A DNA stretch of 64,000 nt from an uncultured Desulfarculus sp. (GTDB lineage Bacteria > Desulfobacterota > Desulfarculia > Desulfarculales > Desulfarculaceae): positions 3,648,001 to 3,712,000 of the forward strand of contig CAXXUK010000001.1 in assembly GCA_963665125.2 (NCBI GenBank). The letters run 5' to 3'. Positions 1 to 10,367 of this stretch are shown one piece after another. The position numbers and the translations under genes are program-made. Each line of letters begins with the position of its first letter. Positions within the stretch are counted from its first letter, which is position 1. The notes under the pieces are model-generated. The model did not search any database. It was not told the DNA's origin and saw nothing but the letters and a program-made list of their open reading frames with translations.

Positions 1-25
1 AAGGAAAAACAAAAGGCTTTGCCTT

Positions 26-222
26 TTCAAGCGACAGGAATGTCGCTTGTACCGAATCACTTCCCATTTTCGCCTAAACCGAACACGAATGGGGTGGCCT
101 TTACCCCCCCTGTTGTCATACTAAATGGAGAAAAAATAATACTTCGTCTTTTCCAGCAACAGGAATGTCGCTGGAACCTGATTTTGTCCCGTTTTAGCCT
201 TAACCGAATGCCGGTAGGGCTT
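26..222. repeat. Two tandem REP-like palindromic units (~124 bp period)
   Basis: Hairpins CAAGCGACA-ggaa-TGTCGCTTG and CCAGCAACA-ggaa-TGTCGCTGG, each followed by a CCT(A/T)AACCGAA motif that recurs at 31491-31512 (reverse complement) and ~31694. Confidence 0.65.
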
Positions 223-236
223 CCTGTCCAATAATA

Positions 237-1868
237 TTACAGCTTTGTCAGCTTGAAAACTGAGAATTCTTTATTTCCTATCCGGTGTCTCACATAAATA
301 TCCACATCAAAATTCCTTAGAATCATTTCCGACGGTGTATCGGTACAGTAATAGAACATCTGCATTTTTCCGGGTTTCAGTGTCTTTATGTCTTCTTCGT
401 TTTGAATGAGAACTGTGGGAATACCTGATGCATAGCGGGTAAGAAGCACGGTATCTGGCCTTTCCGCTATCATCAGAACATTTTCGTCTTTCATAGGTAG
501 TCTCTGATTCAGACTTCTAAGGGCATCAAAATCGAAACCATCCGGGTGGGTTATTTGCAGGAATGGGATGCTGAAATAAATTGATCCCAGAGTTCCCAGC
601 AAAAGAATAAAAGTAACTCCTACCGAGAGTTTCTCAAATTTTGTTTTTCTCACCATATCCCAGATGCAATGGCATCCGTAAGACATGGCAAAGATTAACG
701 GGAAATAGAGATGCAGTGAAAACCTATAGGCATCACTGCTGTTGCTGTTGGAGAAATCTCCAAAAGGAAAAGGTGCAAAGATGAAATAAAACAGTGCGAA
801 CCAGCCCAGAAGTAAGTATCCCCTGAATCTGTCATCTTTCCTGAGGATTAGAAACAGGAATCCTGTTATTCCAAGAATTGTGTAAATAATAGGGTTCACC
901 ATATTATGCCCCAATAAGAAAAGGAAATTGTTTTTCAGGTTTGCGAGGAAATTTTCCTGATTGGTTGCAAAGCCTTCTCTTTTTTCTATCTGAAATACAA
1001 AGTTTCTGTCTGGGTCACCGGCTCCTGAAGTCATAATTATAAGTACCAGGATGACATACACCAGAAGTATCAGGGCGGTGGCGTTTTTCGGGTCTTTCAG
1101 GAGTCTGAATTTACCATGGAAAAACAGTGGCAAAGGAAGCAGAAGATATAACATATTTTCAGGTCTGCAGTTGATCACCAGGCTGAGACTCAGAATCATT
1201 GCAAGAAATGTCTTGGGGGTTGGATAACGGAAATAGAAAAACAAAAGCGCAAGAAATGTGGCGATAAAGAACGCGGAGCAGATTTCTGCAGATGCGCAGC
1301 CTGTCAGTTTGATTGCCACCGGCAGAACAGACCAGAAAAAAGCACTCCATAATCCACAGGTTTCACCGGTTCCTTTGAATTTATCTCCTGCTGCGGGTTC
1401 TTCGAAGAAGAAGTATCCGGCGAAGAATGCCGGTATGGGGATGAAAATGGAAAGAACAATGGAAACATTTGCTGCTGCCTGATAATAGTTCTGGCTGATG
1501 AACCTGAACACAAAAGATAGAAGAACCGGCCAGAGTTGGGGGTAGGGGGGCAGAAATTTTGCCTCGCCCCAGGGTATGGCGGGAAAGCTCCGTTCTATGT
1601 AGGGAAAAGCCTGTCCTGTTTTAACCAGGTTTTGAGCGGTTGCCAGGTAAAGAAATTCATCATTGAACACATTCGGGAAAAATTTAACAAATGCATAACG
1701 TGCAAATACACCAATTATTATTATGGTGGCAAGCTTATAATATGTTCCTTCAGAGATGAAGGAAAACAATTTTCTGTTCTCCAGAAAAGACATCAGAACC
1801 GACACAACAAAACCTGCCAGCAGGATTATCATAAATAAATAGTATGTATTAACTAAAAAAGACTCCAA
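237..1868 (-). CDS. Polytopic membrane protein, GT-C (ArnT/PMT-like) glycosyltransferase
   Basis: 543 aa, many hydrophobic helices; first-loop FNDEFLY, PPYP and RPEN motifs typical of the GT-C fold. Confidence 0.6.
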   Translation of the reverse strand: MESFLVNTYYLFMIILLAGFVVSVLMSFLENRKLFSFISEGTYYKLATIIIIGVFARYAFVKFFPNVFNDEFLYLATAQNLVKTGQAFPYIERSFPAIPWGEAKFLPPYPQLWPVLLSFVFRFISQNYYQAAANVSIVLSIFIPIPAFFAGYFFFEEPAAGDKFKGTGETCGLWSAFFWSVLPVAIKLTGCASAEICSAFFIATFLALLFFYFRYPTPKTFLAMILSLSLVINCRPENMLYLLLPLPLFFHGKFRLLKDPKNATALILLVYVILVLIIMTSGAGDPDRNFVFQIEKREGFATNQENFLANLKNNFLFLLGHNMVNPIIYTILGITGFLFLILRKDDRFRGYLLLGWFALFYFIFAPFPFGDFSNSNSSDAYRFSLHLYFPLIFAMSYGCHCIWDMVRKTKFEKLSVGVTFILLLGTLGSIYFSIPFLQITHPDGFDFDALRSLNQRLPMKDENVLMIAERPDTVLLTRYASGIPTVLIQNEEDIKTLKPGKMQMFYYCTDTPSEMILRNFDVDIYVRHRIGNKEFSVFKLTKL

Positions 1869-2022
1869 CGGAATCTTTCCTCCTTTATTTGATCATCATC
1901 GGAACAAAGATCTCATGCTATCTTGCAGGAGGGGCTTTCCAGTCCCGATTTTCCGCTTCAAATCTAATATTTCTTAATCGGGGCAGGAATGCCCTTCATG
2001 CAGGAGATTGGAACAGAACTCA

Positions 2023-3435
2023 TTATTTCAACTTGAATAGATTCAAACCGGCCTGGGCTTTTCTCTTCAGTTCATCCAGAGATCCCAGTTGCCTGAGAGA
2101 TTTCAACATATAACCGGGACGCAGATAAAACGAATGATAGGCTTTTTTTAAGAGGTTTTCCAGTTCATCGGCGGTAAAATTTTCTTCCCAGTAAGGAACT
2201 TTGAAATCTTCAGTGGGGTTTTTCGCAAATTCCTTCCAATAATCCTTCTCCAATATACCCTTTTCCAGCGCTTCTTCGTAAAGCTTTGTTTTGGGCAGCG
2301 GCATGGTTATGGAATAATGAACGAAATCCGGGTTCAATCTGCCTGCAAATTTTATGGTTTCTTCAATTTCTTTCAGAGTTTCTCCGGGGTTGCCTATCAT
2401 GAAATCGGCATAGGTGGAAATACCGGCTTCTTTTGTCCATTTTATTGCTTTTTCAGCCTGATCAGGTGTGAAGCCTTTCTTCAAGTGAAGGAGCACTCTG
2501 TTATTCCCCGATTCAACTCCGAACTGGATCCTCCGGCATCCGGCTTTTTTCATCCAGCTCAACATCTCCGGATCAACAAGATCCACCCTGCATCTAACAT
2601 CCCAGAATATTTCAATGCCTTCGTCAATAACATTCCGGCAGAAATCGATAACCCTATGCCTATCTATGGTAAAAGTTTCATCAAAAAAGAAAAATTCACG
2701 GATTCCTAAGTCTATACATTCCCTGATTTCCCCCATCAGGTGGGGGACACTTCTGGGGCGATAACTTTTCCCTCCTGCTGTATAGCAGAAAGTGCAATGG
2801 TACGGACATCCCCGACTTCCCATTATGGTGGTGGAGCATGATTGTTTGCTCACTACTGATGCATAACGTTTCCAGGGGGTCAGTTTCCTGTCGGGATAGG
2901 GCAGAGAATCCAGATTCTCATGAATATAAGGCTTTGATATTCTGGTAAGCTTCGGTTCTCTTCCCATTACTCCTTCGATGGGCAGGAGCGATTCGTCTTT
3001 CGTTTCCAGATATTTCAGAAGATTAAAAAATGGCACTTCCCCTTCTCCTATAACCATATAGTTAAATTCAGGGAAAGCCATAGTTTCTTCAGGGAAAATA
3101 GAAGTGTGGGGACCCCCCACCACTATTTTAACCTCAGGATTGATCGAACTGGCCATCCGGGAAGTGTCCAGAACATCCGGGAGAGAATAGCTGATGGCAT
3201 GAATCCCCACAACATCGGGATTAAAGTTCTTGATTATTTCGCCCAATTCCTGCAAGGACAGTTTATCAAGTAAAGCATCGACAACTTTCACTTCGTAATT
3301 GCTATGCGCTCTGATATATCCGGCTATAGAAAGCAGACCCAGTGGCGGCAGATGTCCGACGCCTTGCTGAATGGCTTTCATGTATTCCGGAAGTACAATC
3401 CGGTTATGGTTGGGAGAGATTAAAAGAATTTTCAT
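2023..3435 (-). CDS. B12-binding radical SAM protein
   Basis: PPLGLLSIAG and VVGGPH (cobalamin domain), SRGCPYHCTFC (CxxxCxxC), FGVESGN. Confidence 0.93.
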   Translation of the reverse strand: MKILLISPNHNRIVLPEYMKAIQQGVGHLPPLGLLSIAGYIRAHSNYEVKVVDALLDKLSLQELGEIIKNFNPDVVGIHAISYSLPDVLDTSRMASSINPEVKIVVGGPHTSIFPEETMAFPEFNYMVIGEGEVPFFNLLKYLETKDESLLPIEGVMGREPKLTRISKPYIHENLDSLPYPDRKLTPWKRYASVVSKQSCSTTIMGSRGCPYHCTFCYTAGGKSYRPRSVPHLMGEIRECIDLGIREFFFFDETFTIDRHRVIDFCRNVIDEGIEIFWDVRCRVDLVDPEMLSWMKKAGCRRIQFGVESGNNRVLLHLKKGFTPDQAEKAIKWTKEAGISTYADFMIGNPGETLKEIEETIKFAGRLNPDFVHYSITMPLPKTKLYEEALEKGILEKDYWKEFAKNPTEDFKVPYWEENFTADELENLLKKAYHSFYLRPGYMLKSLRQLGSLDELKRKAQAGLNLFKLK

Positions 3436-3560
3436 AAATTACTGTTCATGGTAATATCTTTATATATAATAAAGCTTTTTTTTTACATTTTCAAGGGATA
3501 AATGGCAGTTCTTCAGAATTCATACAGTATTAATGACATTGAAACAATAGGAGGTTGGGT

Positions 3561-4334
3561 ATGATTGGGGCAATAGCCGGTGATATTGCAGGCTCCATAT
3601 ATGAACAGGGCTTAATTAAAACAAAGGAATTCCCTCTGTTCTCAGAAAAATGCCAGTTCACGGATGATACGGTTCATACTGTGGCGTTAGCGGAATCTAT
3701 CCTTACCGGTGTTCCTTATGTATTGAACCTGAAGAAATTCTACCGCCTGTATCCTTATGCAGGATACGGTTATAGTTTTCAAAGATGGGCAAAAAGCAGT
3801 AACTCCGAGCCTTATAATAGTTGGGGAAATGGGGCGGCTATGAGGATAAGCCCTGTTGGATTTGCTTATAATGATTTGCGGACGGTTCGCCAAAAAGCAG
3901 TGGAATTCACGGAAATCACCCACAACCATCCAGAGGCTTTAAAGGGAGCACAAGCTGTTGCCTCCGCCATATTTCTTTCCAGAGAGAAAGAATCTAAAGA
4001 TGAAATCAGGAAATACATTGAAGATACTTTCCAGTATAATCTGGGAATACATACAGATGAAATAAGAAAAACATACCGTTTTGATGTCTCATGTCAGGGG
4101 ACAGTTCCCCAGGCAATACGATCATTCATTGATTCCACCGATTATGAGGATGCCATCAGAATCGCCATTTCATTGGGAGGTGACAGTGATACCCTTGCCT
4201 GCATAACAGGAGGCATAGCCCAGGCATATTATGGAGGTATTCCTGAATTTGTGGAAAAGAAAGTCTTTGAATTCCTGGATGAAAGGTTGGGAGAAATAAC
4301 GAGGAAGTTCAGGGATGAATATTTAAAGGGGTAA
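3561..4334 (+). CDS. ADP-ribosylglycohydrolase family protein (DraG/ARH-like)
   Basis: GAIAGDIAGS, FTDDT, GNGAAMRISP, GGDSDT motifs; GGAGG RBS before ATG 3561. Confidence 0.93.
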   Translation: MIGAIAGDIAGSIYEQGLIKTKEFPLFSEKCQFTDDTVHTVALAESILTGVPYVLNLKKFYRLYPYAGYGYSFQRWAKSSNSEPYNSWGNGAAMRISPVGFAYNDLRTVRQKAVEFTEITHNHPEALKGAQAVASAIFLSREKESKDEIRKYIEDTFQYNLGIHTDEIRKTYRFDVSCQGTVPQAIRSFIDSTDYEDAIRIAISLGGDSDTLACITGGIAQAYYGGIPEFVEKKVFEFLDERLGEITRKFRDEYLKG

Positions 4335-4338
4335 TAAT

Positions 4339-6951
4339 ATGTGGGAACCGTTTAGCGAAAATGCCCGGAAAACAATGGTAATCGCCAATGAAGAGGCAAA
4401 CCGCCTGGGGAGCGGCGAGATTTTTGTGGAGCATATTCTTATGGGAATTCTGAGGTTGCCTGAATCCAATGCTGTCAAAATCATAAGAAACCTGGGAGCG
4501 GATCCCCGAGAGATAAGGGCCGAACTGGACAAACTGATTCCCGTGGAAGAGAGACCCCCACAAAAACAGAATAACTTTTCCCGCGGAGCTAAACGTTGCC
4601 TGGAGTTGGCATTTGAGGAAGCACGGCTTCTGGGCTTCCACTATCTGGGAACAGAGCATATTCTCCTTGCTATATTAAGACTGGAAGAAGGGATTGCCGC
4701 TTATGTTCTTTCAAACGGAGGATTAACCCTTGACAAAGCCAGGGAAAAAGCTGAAATGCTGTTGCTTAATCGTAACGAAGGAACAGAGACTCATGACAGA
4801 GGGATGCAGGATAAAACCTCAATGTTTATGGGAAGAAAACGGGATGATGATGAAAATCAGGAAATGGTGTTGGATGAAGTCTCAAAGTCTGTTTTTTCCG
4901 AGAACTTACATAAAGTTATAAATATTGCCCGTGAGGAAGCTCACAACAGGGGAAGCGGTTTTATTGAGATGGAAGATTTGCTGGTTGGAATTGCAGAAGT
5001 TCCCGATTGTAGAGCATCCATTATCCTTGTGGAAAGGGGCTTTGTTATAGACCATCTTGTCCCGAAATCTGCAGAACATCTTCGCCACCAGGGCGGGATA
5101 ATGAAAGAGAACATTGTCTTTTCGAATAAATCAAGAGAAGTCCTGAAACTTGCCGTTGAAGAATTTAATAATTTCCCGGCTGAACATCTGGGAACAGAGC
5201 ACCTTCTCCTGGGGTTGATTGCCGAGGGTGGAGGTGAGAGTATTGCCGGGAAAATTCTCAGTGATACCGAAAGAAAATTACTTGATATATATGATATCCA
5301 GGATATTGTGGAGAAAAATACCAAGCCCATCTTTGTTGATGAGAAAAAGCAGTATTATAACAGTAATGGACAGAAAATGGAGATGAAATCTCCACCTTTG
5401 GTAAAAGTGGATGCAATGATGGAATCATTGACGGAAAAGGATTCAAAAGCAGCCGGTAAGTATGAAGATTTACCTGTTAAAATCCACCCACTGGAAACCT
5501 ACTGTGTCAACCTCACCAAAAAAGCAGCTTCAGGCGGCTGGGACCCCGTAACCGGCAGGCAGTATGAAATCGACAGAATCATACAGATTCTCTCCCGTTA
5601 TTCCCGGAACAACCCCCTGCTGATAAGCCCGTCTCAAACATCGGTGCGGGCTGTGGTGAAGGGGCTTGCGCAGAGGATCGTCTCCGGCGATGTGCCTGAT
5701 TTCCTGAAGAATAAAAGGTTCCTTTCGCTGGATATGGAGGAAATGCTCGTTTCCAATCCTTCCAGGGATTTATTGGAAGAACAGATGCGGAGGATACTGA
5801 ATGATTTGAAGATTTCCGGGGGAATTCTTCTCTTCATCCCCGACATTTATCACATCTTCGGACCCTGTGGTGTAAATTCCGCCATCTACCTGCCCCTGGT
5901 TATGAAATCCATGCTCTCCTGCGGCAATATTCAATGCATCTGTTCCACCGGTTCCCACAATTACATAAACCACATCCGCCATGACCCCGTTCTCGACCGC
6001 TGCTTTTTCCCCATAGAAATGAAGGAAGCAAACCTGAATGAAACTATGGAGATTCTGAAGAGCTTCCGCCCTGTTCTGGAACAGCATTACCATGCTATGA
6101 TTGATGATGAAACCCTTCTTCTTTCCGTCAGGCTTGCGGAGAGATACATTAAAGAGGGTATTCTCCCGGAAAAAGCCATCGACCTCATTGAAGAAACATC
6201 TTCAAGGATGTTCGGTCCCTTAATGAAGTCTCAGGGCATAAACCGGGAGATGGCGGAGCTGGAGAAGCTGTTGGATGAAACGAAGGAGAAGAAGGCTCAT
6301 GTGGAAGCTGCGATGGAATCCTTTATCGGTGATAATTGGGATAAGGATAAATCAGACTATTTTGCTGATAAGATAAAGTTCTTTTCAGGACGGATGAAAG
6401 AACTGGAAGAGGAGGAAAAGCATTACGGGATACAGTTGTATGAAATGAAAAAGGACCTTGTACTGCAGGAAAGTAAGGAAAAGGGCATTGTCAGGGACAT
6501 TTCCTTCAGTGATATTGTGGAAACGGCGGGGATAAAATTTGATGTCCTCCTCTGCAATTATTCCGGGGAAAGCAAATTCCTGAATGAAATCGCCGTGAAA
6601 CTCGAAGAAAAGGGAATAAAAGCCTGGACGGGCGAGTGTCATATCCCGCCGGGAAGATGCAGGATGGATGAGATGGAGCTTGTTTTGCCCCTGGTAAAAA
6701 CCCTTACGGTTACGGTGGGAAATGAGACCATTCCGGGGGATGAAAAAGCTGAGACGGAAGAACTTCTCCGGAAATTTGCGGATAAAGGTAAACCGGTAAT
6801 CCCCGTAATCTTATCTGAAACGGAAGGCGATCCTGAGATTCCGGAAATCCTGAAAAACCTAAAACCGGTGGACTTCCGGAAAGAAACCCCTGACCCGTGG
6901 GAAGAACTGCTCTGGGGGATACGGGGTAAGCGGGAAAAGAGTAAAGAGTAA
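4339..6951 (+). CDS. Clp-N repeat / degenerate ClpC AAA+ / coiled-coil / C-terminal TIR-domain fusion protein
   Basis: Two double Clp-R domains (LGTEHILL, LGTEHLLL); ClpC NBD1 scaffold (DPVTGRQYEI, NNPLL, LPEKAIDLIEE) with Walker A/B lost; C-terminus FDVLLC..GIKAW..PVIPVIL..VDFRK..PWEELLWGI resembles TIR_2. Confidence 0.8.
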   Translation: MWEPFSENARKTMVIANEEANRLGSGEIFVEHILMGILRLPESNAVKIIRNLGADPREIRAELDKLIPVEERPPQKQNNFSRGAKRCLELAFEEARLLGFHYLGTEHILLAILRLEEGIAAYVLSNGGLTLDKAREKAEMLLLNRNEGTETHDRGMQDKTSMFMGRKRDDDENQEMVLDEVSKSVFSENLHKVINIAREEAHNRGSGFIEMEDLLVGIAEVPDCRASIILVERGFVIDHLVPKSAEHLRHQGGIMKENIVFSNKSREVLKLAVEEFNNFPAEHLGTEHLLLGLIAEGGGESIAGKILSDTERKLLDIYDIQDIVEKNTKPIFVDEKKQYYNSNGQKMEMKSPPLVKVDAMMESLTEKDSKAAGKYEDLPVKIHPLETYCVNLTKKAASGGWDPVTGRQYEIDRIIQILSRYSRNNPLLISPSQTSVRAVVKGLAQRIVSGDVPDFLKNKRFLSLDMEEMLVSNPSRDLLEEQMRRILNDLKISGGILLFIPDIYHIFGPCGVNSAIYLPLVMKSMLSCGNIQCICSTGSHNYINHIRHDPVLDRCFFPIEMKEANLNETMEILKSFRPVLEQHYHAMIDDETLLLSVRLAERYIKEGILPEKAIDLIEETSSRMFGPLMKSQGINREMAELEKLLDETKEKKAHVEAAMESFIGDNWDKDKSDYFADKIKFFSGRMKELEEEEKHYGIQLYEMKKDLVLQESKEKGIVRDISFSDIVETAGIKFDVLLCNYSGESKFLNEIAVKLEEKGIKAWTGECHIPPGRCRMDEMELVLPLVKTLTVTVGNETIPGDEKAETEELLRKFADKGKPVIPVILSETEGDPEIPEILKNLKPVDFRKETPDPWEELLWGIRGKREKSKE

Positions 6952-7020
6952 AGGGGAAAGAGGAAAGAGGAAAGAGGAAAGAGGAAAGAGGAAAGAGGAA
7001 AGGCGAAAAGGGAAAGGGGA
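6952..7020 (+). repeat. Purine-rich heptamer microsatellite (GAGGAAA)n
   Basis: About 6 consecutive GAGGAAA units plus degenerate copies directly after the stop codon. Confidence 0.85.
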
Positions 7021-7024
7021 ATAT

Positions 7025-7450
7025 TTTACCGCAGAGGCACAGAGGGCACGGAGAGAAAAAATACAGGAACTATATTGTGCTGCAACCAATGCATGAGATG
7101 CCTCCTGTCCCGATTCCCGGTTTAAATGGATGCCAAATCTCAACAAGGGGAGAGAAATTCACCGCAGAGGCACAGAGGGCACGGAGAGAAAAAATACAGG
7201 AACTATATCGTGCCGCAACCAATGCAGGAGATGCCTCCAGCCCCGATTCACGGTTTAATAGATGCCAAATCTCAACAGGGCGGAGAGAAATTCACCGCAG
7301 AGGCACAGAGGGTACGGAGAGAAAAAATACAGGAACTATATTGTGCCGCAACCAATGCAGGAGATGCCTCCAGCCCCGATTCACGGTTTAATGGATGCCA
7401 AATCTCAACAGGGGGGAGAAATTCACCGCAGAGGCACAGATTCACAGAGA
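7025..7450 (+). repeat. Tandem repeat, ~133-bp unit, 3 full copies plus a partial fourth
   Basis: ACCGCAGAGGCACAGA starts at 7028, 7161, 7294, 7425; intervening sequence is near-identical. Confidence 0.9.
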
Positions 7451-7553
7451 CCAAAGAGGAAAAACAACCTCTGTAAATATCGTCGTGGCTATGAGATTCT
7501 CTCACCGGTTCAGAATAGTATCTACCTTCGTTCTGCTATTGGGGGTGATATAA

Positions 7554-8137
7554 ATGGAAAACGAAACATCCGGCTTCAAGGAAACACCAGGCTTCAAGGA
7601 AACACCCGGCCCCCTGCAAAGGAAGCTGCGTGTAATTGGAGTCACAATTGCATTTCTTATCTTTGTTATCATATTTCCATTTGCTCTTTATCTGTTTTCC
7701 AGATTTATCATTTTTCACGAATCTCTTATTCATATTGGTGCTAAATTCAACAATTATGCAATGGTGGAATTTCTTCTTAAAAATGGTGCTGATCCCAATG
7801 TAAAGAGCAAATCCCTGGAATTCACCCCCTTCATTTTGCCTCTCAAAAGGGCAATGTCCCTATTATGAAACTCCTCATCCGGCATGGGGCGGATTTGAAC
7901 CCCGTGGATTTGGATAATTATCTCGCTCCCATACATTACGCCATTGCCTCGAACAACAAAGATGCTGTTCAATTGCTTATTGATAAAGGGGCCGAAGTTA
8001 ACCCCGAAAGGGGCAAAGTCCGGAGTCTCCCGCTGGATTATGCAAAAAGGATGGGGAATAAGGAAATTATTGATATGCTGATAAAGGCAGGCGCCAGGGG
8101 TGAGCAAGAGGAAGAGGCGGGTAATGAGAGGAAATAG
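7554..8137 (+). CDS. Membrane-anchored ankyrin-repeat protein, split by a 1-nt frameshift in the C-run at ~7825
   Basis: Adding one C restores FTPLHFASQKGNVPIMKLLIRHGAD, joining ORFs 7554-7868 and 7865-8137; N-terminal TM helix. Confidence 0.8.
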
Positions 8138-8163
8138 ATGAAAAAAAGGGAAGGTGATTACCC

Positions 8164-9687
8164 ATGAAAACAGATAACCCTGAAACCGGCATAACCCATC
8201 ACATAAAAACCTACAACGAGGGGCTTATCGTTTACCTTTACGACGATTCCCTCCTGGATAAACTGGCTTACTACAAGGACTTACCCACCCTGCTGGAATC
8301 CCACAAGGGCACCCGGTTCAGGAGGGTCTCCCAGTCGGGCACAATTGTCGCCTACGAGCTGATGCAGGATGATTCTCTCAGCATAGTGGTGAAAACGGGT
8401 CTTCCCCTTACAAAGGAGGAGATGGAGGAAATCTGTGTCCATCCCCCATTGACGGCATATCTGAGAATTCCATCGGGAAAGCTTGCCGTGGAATGTGCCA
8501 ACAGTTTCAGGCTCGACCCCGACTTTGAAGGCGAACCGCCGGAGGAAGGTGCTGTGGTGGAAGTGCCTCCGGGAGAATATATTGTTCATATCCATCATAT
8601 TGACCTCTCCCTGCTTCCCTCCAATGAGAGCGGCAACTACCGGGGCCCCCTGCAGTTTATCGTCCTCACCCCTGCGGATCCCTCCGATTTCCCCTCGACG
8701 AAGAATGCCTGGCTTCCTTACAAGGTTAAGAAGAAATCCGCCAAAAAGAAGAAATTCGACCTATCATGGGTGGGGCAATATACTATAGATGATGGTGTTT
8801 TCAACGGGCAGTTTGTGAAATGCCACAATATTAATGACCCCTGCATCAACCTGGACAGGAGTGCTGAACTGAAGATGGGTCTCAGGCTGGGAGCGGGAAT
8901 ACTGGTGGAATATGAAAATGTGAAGATGAATATGGTTTTCCTGAGCCGCCTCGACCGGATAGATTACGAGATGTTTTACGGCACTGACGCCCGGAAGAAG
9001 ATTGAGCGCATCTCGAAAGTGAGAATCTATAACGACAGAGACGGGAAGGAAAAACTGCTGTTCTCCCACCTTGTGGGAAAAGACCAGTATAATTTCATAA
9101 AGGGAATTCCCAGAGAGGGAACGCCTGTCAAAATCACTGTTACATCACCTCCGGATATCCCGATTATGGATTTATCCCTGCTGGAAAAATGGTCGGTAAA
9201 TGACGAAATAATCTCCGGTGAAATTCTGACGATTACCTCGATGTCAGTCGCCGTAAATATACCTCCTGAAGCCTTCGAAAAGATAAATGCAGTGGAGGGG
9301 GAAAGGTTCCTTCTTGAACTGGGAAAGACAAAGCACACATTTCATTACATGGTTCCTAATAGTAAATTAACTCCGGGAGATGACGGCAGGCTTCTCATCA
9401 TTCAAAGCCAGGTGAAGAAGGTGGAGAGGGGATATATAGATGTAATAGCGGGCGAAACCACACAATATCCCGATGATGAGTGGGAGAAGCTCGTGGGTAT
9501 GCTTCATCCGCCGGAAGAATACCCGTGGGTTGGTGAATTCCGTGAATACTGGGAAGCGCCGGAGCATAAGGTTCTCATATTGCAGCCCCTGCCTATAAGA
9601 GAACTGGTGGGAACCCGCTATACCCTGGTACCACATGAACAGGTGGGAGGGGAAGTGAGGATTTGTAAGATGGGGAGTGAGAGGTGA
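8164..9687 (+). CDS. Hypothetical protein (507 aa)
   Basis: Long ORF, RBS GAAGGTGA, no confidently recognised family. Confidence 0.75.
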   Translation: MKTDNPETGITHHIKTYNEGLIVYLYDDSLLDKLAYYKDLPTLLESHKGTRFRRVSQSGTIVAYELMQDDSLSIVVKTGLPLTKEEMEEICVHPPLTAYLRIPSGKLAVECANSFRLDPDFEGEPPEEGAVVEVPPGEYIVHIHHIDLSLLPSNESGNYRGPLQFIVLTPADPSDFPSTKNAWLPYKVKKKSAKKKKFDLSWVGQYTIDDGVFNGQFVKCHNINDPCINLDRSAELKMGLRLGAGILVEYENVKMNMVFLSRLDRIDYEMFYGTDARKKIERISKVRIYNDRDGKEKLLFSHLVGKDQYNFIKGIPREGTPVKITVTSPPDIPIMDLSLLEKWSVNDEIISGEILTITSMSVAVNIPPEAFEKINAVEGERFLLELGKTKHTFHYMVPNSKLTPGDDGRLLIIQSQVKKVERGYIDVIAGETTQYPDDEWEKLVGMLHPPEEYPWVGEFREYWEAPEHKVLILQPLPIRELVGTRYTLVPHEQVGGEVRICKMGSER

Positions 9688-9782
9688 GAAGTGGGAATGG
9701 GAGATTTATCACAGAGACACAGAAGGCACAAAGAGTAAATTTTGATGGGTAAGGATCTGCTTTTTGAAAGGAGTTTAGTTTA

Positions 9783-10367
9783 ATGAAGAGATCAGGTGTT
9801 TTTTCGAAAGAACTGAAATTAATAGTAAATCAGGGATTTCGAGCGTTTTGTACCGATTTATGCGAATATTTCCCGGATTATTTTTTCGTCAAACCGGCTT
9901 CATCGACGGGTAAATACCATCCAGATTCCAGCAATGTCCGGGGTGGTTTGGTTAATCATACGAAGGCTGCTGTATGGATAGCCGTTCATCGTATGGTTCC
10001 GGGAGCTTTGTATAGTAAATTTAGTTCGGAGAATCAGGATATTATAATAGCTTCCCTTATATTTCATGATATGGTGAAGTATGGCAATCCCAGGGCGAAT
10101 GCAGAATATACGGACGGAAGGCATCCCTTGTTGGTGCGCGCCTATGTGGAATCTTGCATCGAGAAAAATACCGGAAAATATTCTTCTGAAGTTTTAGATA
10201 TGGTGGAAAAAATGCTGGTTACCATTGAGTGTCATCATGGAAATTGGAGAAATTTATACGGATCAGATGAAAAGTTGCCTGAGATGCAGAATTCTTTGCA
10301 TAGGTTCGTTCATGAGTGTGATTATCTGTCCAGTTGCAAGCTGTTTAATTTTACAGGCAACCGGTAA
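9783..10367 (+). CDS. HD-domain phosphohydrolase (phage-type family)
   Basis: PASSTGKYHP, GGLVNHTK, IFHDMVKYG, HHG, ECDYL motifs. Confidence 0.8.
   Translation: MKRSGVFSKELKLIVNQGFRAFCTDLCEYFPDYFFVKPASSTGKYHPDSSNVRGGLVNHTKAAVWIAVHRMVPGALYSKFSSENQDIIIASLIFHDMVKYGNPRANAEYTDGRHPLLVRAYVESCIEKNTGKYSSEVLDMVEKMLVTIECHHGNWRNLYGSDEKLPEMQNSLHRFVHECDYLSSCKLFNFTGNR

Noticed and set aside
4339..6951. Functional clpC/clpB
   Set aside because: Walker motifs lost and second AAA+ domain absent
7025..7450. CRISPR array
   Set aside because: Whole 133-bp unit repeats; no unique spacers; no cas genes in window
6859..7744. ORFs of 77-160 aa over the tandem repeat
   Set aside because: Products of repeat periodicity, no RBS, overlap in several frames
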